64,000 nucleotides of DNA, taken from a bacterium. GTDB taxonomy: Bacteria; UBA8248. Positions 60,359-64,000 of the stretch are shown piece by piece. A program made the translations under genes and the position numbers. The stretch's first letter is position 1. Every line of letters begins with the position of its first letter. The notes under the pieces were generated by a model. It saw only the letters and a program-made list of their open reading frames with translations, did not search any database and was not told the origin of the DNA. The stretch is taken from NCBI GenBank assembly GCA_965213625.1, contig CBDBZU010000004.1, forward strand, positions 3,008,001 to 3,072,000. The letters are read 5' to 3'.

Positions 60359-60523
60359 GCGTATGACCGTCGGGTGTTCAACAAGAGCCAAACATCAAGT
60401 GTTACATTAGATTCAATACCAACACTTCCGACCAAGCAAGGCAAATATCCGCAAGCGGCGCATCCGGAGATACGGGGGTGGCCCACTCAGAGCGCAGGAA
60501 TGGTCCAGAGGCCAAGCCGTTCT

Positions 60524-60970
60524 CTAACGTACCGTCACCTTGAAGCTCTGCGTAACAGTGAGGCCAAAGGGGTCCGATGCTTCTACCGTGACGACCGTCG
60601 TGCCGGCTCTTATCGTTCTCACTGTCAAGTAGTTCGGACCACTTCCCCCGATCGCGGCGCTGGCAACGCCTTGACGGCTCGTGGATGAGCTGTAGGCCAG
60701 ACTGTCGAGGTCCGGGTCCGTAAAATAGGTGTCAAAACCTTCGGACCTCCATCGCTGCGGATTGCCGGGTTCATGCGTCAAGGTAATATCCGAGAAGGCC
60801 CGCAAGGTCGTGGGAGCGCCGTTTCTTGGCGGGGTGATCATCACTTCTGTTCCAGAACCACCTCCACCGCCGCCGCAGCCCGGCAGCGTCAAAGTGAGTA
60901 CCAGCGCAAACAAAAGCGCCAGGCATGAAAAAGGGGTTTCTATGAGGAATCGCTGCTTGAATCGAGACAT
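60524..60970 (-). CDS. Lipoprotein with a cadherin/Ig-like domain
   Basis: Lipobox LPGC then GGGGGGSG; NGAP...FTDPDLDSLAY...TVTVEASDP-like..QSFKVTV. Confidence 0.72.
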   Translation of the reverse strand: MSRFKQRFLIETPFSCLALLFALVLTLTLPGCGGGGGGSGTEVMITPPRNGAPTTLRAFSDITLTHEPGNPQRWRSEGFDTYFTDPDLDSLAYSSSTSRQGVASAAIGGSGPNYLTVRTIRAGTTVVTVEASDPFGLTVTQSFKVTVR

Positions 60971-61268
60971 ACACTTTCTCCTCGTGGCGAAAGCAGCTAT
61001 CCGTCCACCCACAGACAACTTCTCTCATGATTTCGTCATAAAACCTGGATGAATCGCAGGATTTACACTTCCATCCCAGGCCGGGGCCTTTTGGAATTCG
61101 GCGTGCGCCAAATTGACCGCTTATGGTTTTCGGCGAGAAATATAATTTCATATGGTGTAACTAAATAATAATAAAAATACATGAAGCAGTAAAGCGATTC
61201 GCGCCCGCAAAATTTTTTGCTTTTTCTTCACCGATGAAAAATCGAGAGGGGTTCAGCCTTGTGGTTGC

Positions 61269-62174
61269 TCACCGAAAACTCGTGATCAGGAATCCCCCGA
61301 GCACGACGAGGCCAGCCGCGCCGAAAAGGCGCGCGTTCACGCGCTCCATATCGCCCATGAAGATGAGGCTCAGGAGCACCACCCAAATCGGGGCGGTGCG
61401 GCTTAAGGGCAGGACGACGGTGACGTCCGAGAACGTGAGGGTGTACCACAAAAGCCCCGTGGCGGTGGCGGAGAATAGTGAGCCCAGCAGTATCCAGCTG
61501 ACGTCGCGCCGGTCCGCCCGTATCTTGCCGCTCGCGCCCAGAAACGGCTTCGCCACCAGCAAAAAGAGAAAACCCGCCAGAAAGGCGAATCCCACCGCCG
61601 CGAAAGGCGTCCGCTGCTCGGCGTAGCCGATTTTCGCGATGACCGGCATGGCGGCGTACATGAACGAGGCGAAGACGGGGAACATCAGCGCGCGGCGGAA
61701 TTCGGGACCCATGCCGCCCTTGGCGACGTCCTTGCCCTCCCCCATCGAGATGAGCGCCACGCCCCCGACGATGGAGAGCGTGCCGAGCACGACCGCCACA
61801 CCCGGCTCTTCCCCCAGAAAGAAGGCGGCGAAAAAAACCGCCCATATTGGAGCCGAAGCCTGCACGGGGCTCGTCCGGCTCGCGCCGATGCGCTGGATGG
61901 CCGTATAGGAAGCCAGATGGCCCATTCCCTGCCCCAGACACCCCGCCAGCATGAACCACAGGACGGGCCTGAGGGATGAAGTCTGCAGCGTGCCCAGGGA
62001 AAAGGCGATGCTCAAGAGGAGCGCGCTCGCCACGGCGTTCGTGATGAGCACCCCTGTGATGGGAGAGGCGCTCCTCAGCCCCCGGCGGAAGGAAATGAGC
62101 GCCGCCGAGTAGATGAAAGACGATGAGAGAGCGAGGATTTCGCCCGCCATGAAAAAAGGAGCTTGCGCGTTCAT
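61269..62174 (-). CDS. DMT/EamA family transporter
   Basis: Ten-TM two-repeat pattern; FLGE motif. Confidence 0.88.
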   Translation of the reverse strand: MNAQAPFFMAGEILALSSSFIYSAALISFRRGLRSASPITGVLITNAVASALLLSIAFSLGTLQTSSLRPVLWFMLAGCLGQGMGHLASYTAIQRIGASRTSPVQASAPIWAVFFAAFFLGEEPGVAVVLGTLSIVGGVALISMGEGKDVAKGGMGPEFRRALMFPVFASFMYAAMPVIAKIGYAEQRTPFAAVGFAFLAGFLFLLVAKPFLGASGKIRADRRDVSWILLGSLFSATATGLLWYTLTFSDVTVVLPLSRTAPIWVVLLSLIFMGDMERVNARLFGAAGLVVLGGFLITSFR

Positions 62175-62225
62175 GCGCGCGACTATACACGCCCCGAAGT
62201 ATTCACGCGAGAAAGGGTGAGTCTT

Positions 62226-63125
62226 TTACTTGAAAGCGGTAATGAGCACGCCACCCGCCACGACCATCCCCGCCGCGAATACGATGCGCGAGGTGATGCG
62301 CTCGAGCCCGCCCAGGAAGAGGTAGGTCCAAAGCACCACCCACAGGGGCACGAGGCGGCTGAGCGGCAGCACCGTCGAGACGGGCGCGATGCTCATCGCC
62401 GTCCAGAACATTATGGCCGCCAGCGTCGTGGTGACGCCTGCGCCGAGAAAAAGGTAGACGGCCCTCCTGTCGGCTTCGAGCTTGCCGCCGCCGGGCAGGA
62501 GGGGGCGCGTTACCGCGAGCAGGAGGGTTCCCGCCGTGAAGGCGCATGCGAAGCCCAGGATGGGGGTTTTCTGGTAGGAGAACGCGACGTTCGCCAGCAC
62601 GGGCAGCAGCGCATAGGAGAGCGACGATGTGAGCGGGTAGACCAGCCCGCCCTGAAAGAAGCTCTTGAAGCTCTGACCGCTGCGCCGCTCGCCGAGTGAG
62701 AGCAGGCAGACGCCCGCCACGATGAGAACCGTCCCCATCGCCACACCGACGCCGGGCCGCTCGCCCAGGAATATCATCGCGAAGGTGACCGAGAAAATGG
62801 GGGTGGAGGATTGAATCGGCACCGAGCGGCTCACGCCCATCTTCTCGATGCCGATGGCGTTCGTGAGCTGTCCCACGCCCTGCCCCAGGCAGCCGCCGAG
62901 CATGAATATCAACACCGGCGTGAGCATGGATTCCTGGAGCGTTCCGCGAGCAGCCGCGATGGTGAGGCCCAGAACGGAAACCGTCGCACTTAAGATAAGC
63001 ACGCCGGCTATCGGCGTCGCACTCCTCACTCCCTGGCGGATGGCGATCAGAGACGTCGAATAAGACAAAGACGCCCCTACCGCGAGTAATTCCCCCAAGC
63101 CTGCTTGTGCGAAAAGTCCCGACAT
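62226..63125 (-). CDS. DMT/EamA family transporter
   Basis: Paralog of its neighbours; FLGERP, VLPLSR. Confidence 0.88.
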   Translation of the reverse strand: MSGLFAQAGLGELLAVGASLSYSTSLIAIRQGVRSATPIAGVLILSATVSVLGLTIAAARGTLQESMLTPVLIFMLGGCLGQGVGQLTNAIGIEKMGVSRSVPIQSSTPIFSVTFAMIFLGERPGVGVAMGTVLIVAGVCLLSLGERRSGQSFKSFFQGGLVYPLTSSLSYALLPVLANVAFSYQKTPILGFACAFTAGTLLLAVTRPLLPGGGKLEADRRAVYLFLGAGVTTTLAAIMFWTAMSIAPVSTVLPLSRLVPLWVVLWTYLFLGGLERITSRIVFAAGMVVAGGVLITAFK

Positions 63126-63173
63126 TTTATGACTTACTGCTCCCCGATGATGCGCATCGCCGTCTTCAGGCGG

Positions 63174-64000
63174 CTAGCGGAACAGGGTGATCATCACCCC
63201 GCCGGACACGACGAGGCACGCTGCGAGGACCGTTCTTGCGGCAACGCGCTCTATTTTCCCCAGAAACAAGAAACTGAACAGGATCACCCAAAGGGGCGTC
63301 ATCCGGCTCAGCGGCAATACGCTCGACACCATGCCCGCCACGAACGCCGTCCACATCAGAAAAGCGGCGATGATGTTGAACGGAAGTCCCACGAGGAGGG
63401 CTTTCACCGTCTGGGCGTTGCCTCTTATCACCCCGCCGTCGGGCGTCATGCGCCTCGCCGCCAGCATCAGCAAAAGCCCTGAGCCGAACGCCACGCCGAA
63501 TCCCAGATAGGGCGCCTGCTGCTCGGCGAGACCCAGCTTGGCGAACACAGGCACCATCGCATAGCACAAAGAAGAGAAAAGCGGCAGGAGGTAATCCTTC
63601 CGGCTCCAGTTTGGAGACTCGCCTCCCGCGCGTTTTCGCTCCGGCCAGGAGAGCAGAAAGACGCCACCCACGATCCCGAGCGTCCCCAGGAGCACATAGA
63701 CGCCCGGCTGCTCGCCCAGGATGATGATGGCGAAAACCACGCCCCAAAGAGGCGCGGACGAGTGTACCGCCGTGGCCCGGTTCACGCCCAGACGCTCGAT
63801 GGCCGAGAAGAAGATGAGGCTCCCCGTACCGTGGCCGGCCACGCCCGTAAGAGCGAACCAGCCGAGCGCCCGCACGTTGGTGGACGCCAGGGTGCCGAGC
63901 ACGAGGGCGGTCGTCAGCCCCACGATGCTCACCAGCGAATTGAGGACGATGATGCTCATCAGGGGGCTTCCGGTCGTCATCGCCCGGCGCACCGTTATGA
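63174..64000 (-). CDS. DMT/EamA family transporter, 5' end beyond the window
   Basis: Paralog of its neighbours; ILGEQP, VLPLSR; frame open to the edge. Confidence 0.85.
   Translation of the reverse strand, partial: ITVRRAMTTGSPLMSIIVLNSLVSIVGLTTALVLGTLASTNVRALGWFALTGVAGHGTGSLIFFSAIERLGVNRATAVHSSAPLWGVVFAIIILGEQPGVYVLLGTLGIVGGVFLLSWPERKRAGGESPNWSRKDYLLPLFSSLCYAMVPVFAKLGLAEQQAPYLGFGVAFGSGLLLMLAARRMTPDGGVIRGNAQTVKALLVGLPFNIIAAFLMWTAFVAGMVSSVLPLSRMTPLWVILFSFLFLGKIERVAARTVLAACLVVSGGVMITLFR

Noticed and set aside
60289-60520. Cys-containing short ORF and a TTCAACAAG TIR-like word after fdhF
   Set aside because: The ORF overlaps fdhF antisense with no RBS; the single short word has no partner end.

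Overview
GC-rich chromosomal segment from a diderm bacterium (DcaP-type porin, TAXI-TRAP, Tat and lipoprotein signals). The gene content suggests an uncultured Nitrospinota/Tectomicrobia/deltaproteobacteria-like organism, which is an inference only. From left to right: (1) an AT-richer edge with a TOPRIM-like C-terminus and a truncated toxin-like pair; (2) ccsA-hemA-hemC-hemD-hemB; (3) pyrD-pyrK and a class II phosphodiesterase with an apparent ATC start; (4) redox genes, a ClC transporter, plsC and a porin; (5) a two-gene Mo-hydroxylase divergent from an SDR plus a tandem-domain sulfurtransferase, followed by a TauABC/SsuABC-type ABC transporter (frameshifted binding protein), cupin, LLM monooxygenase and SDR; (6) a TAXI-TRAP and an unusual 9-gene catabolic cluster (TIM-barrel PEP-hydrolase family, Tm-1-like, SdhA/NadB-like flavoprotein, beta-hydroxyacid dehydrogenase, ubiX, small protein, split FdrA, amidase); (7) a MoxR/DUF58/BatA-vWA/DUF4159/DUF4175 envelope operon with a TPR-metallopeptidase; (8) a 700-bp mosaic of nested REP/MITE elements; (9) NAD-linked formate dehydrogenase, an Ig-like lipoprotein and three EamA genes. 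The strongest hidden signal is in the sulfurtransferase: its catalytic Cys codon is an in-frame TGA followed by a SECIS-like hairpin, so it is a probable selenoprotein. No rRNA, tRNA or CRISPR array was recognised. All family assignments come from motif recognition by eye, not database searches.
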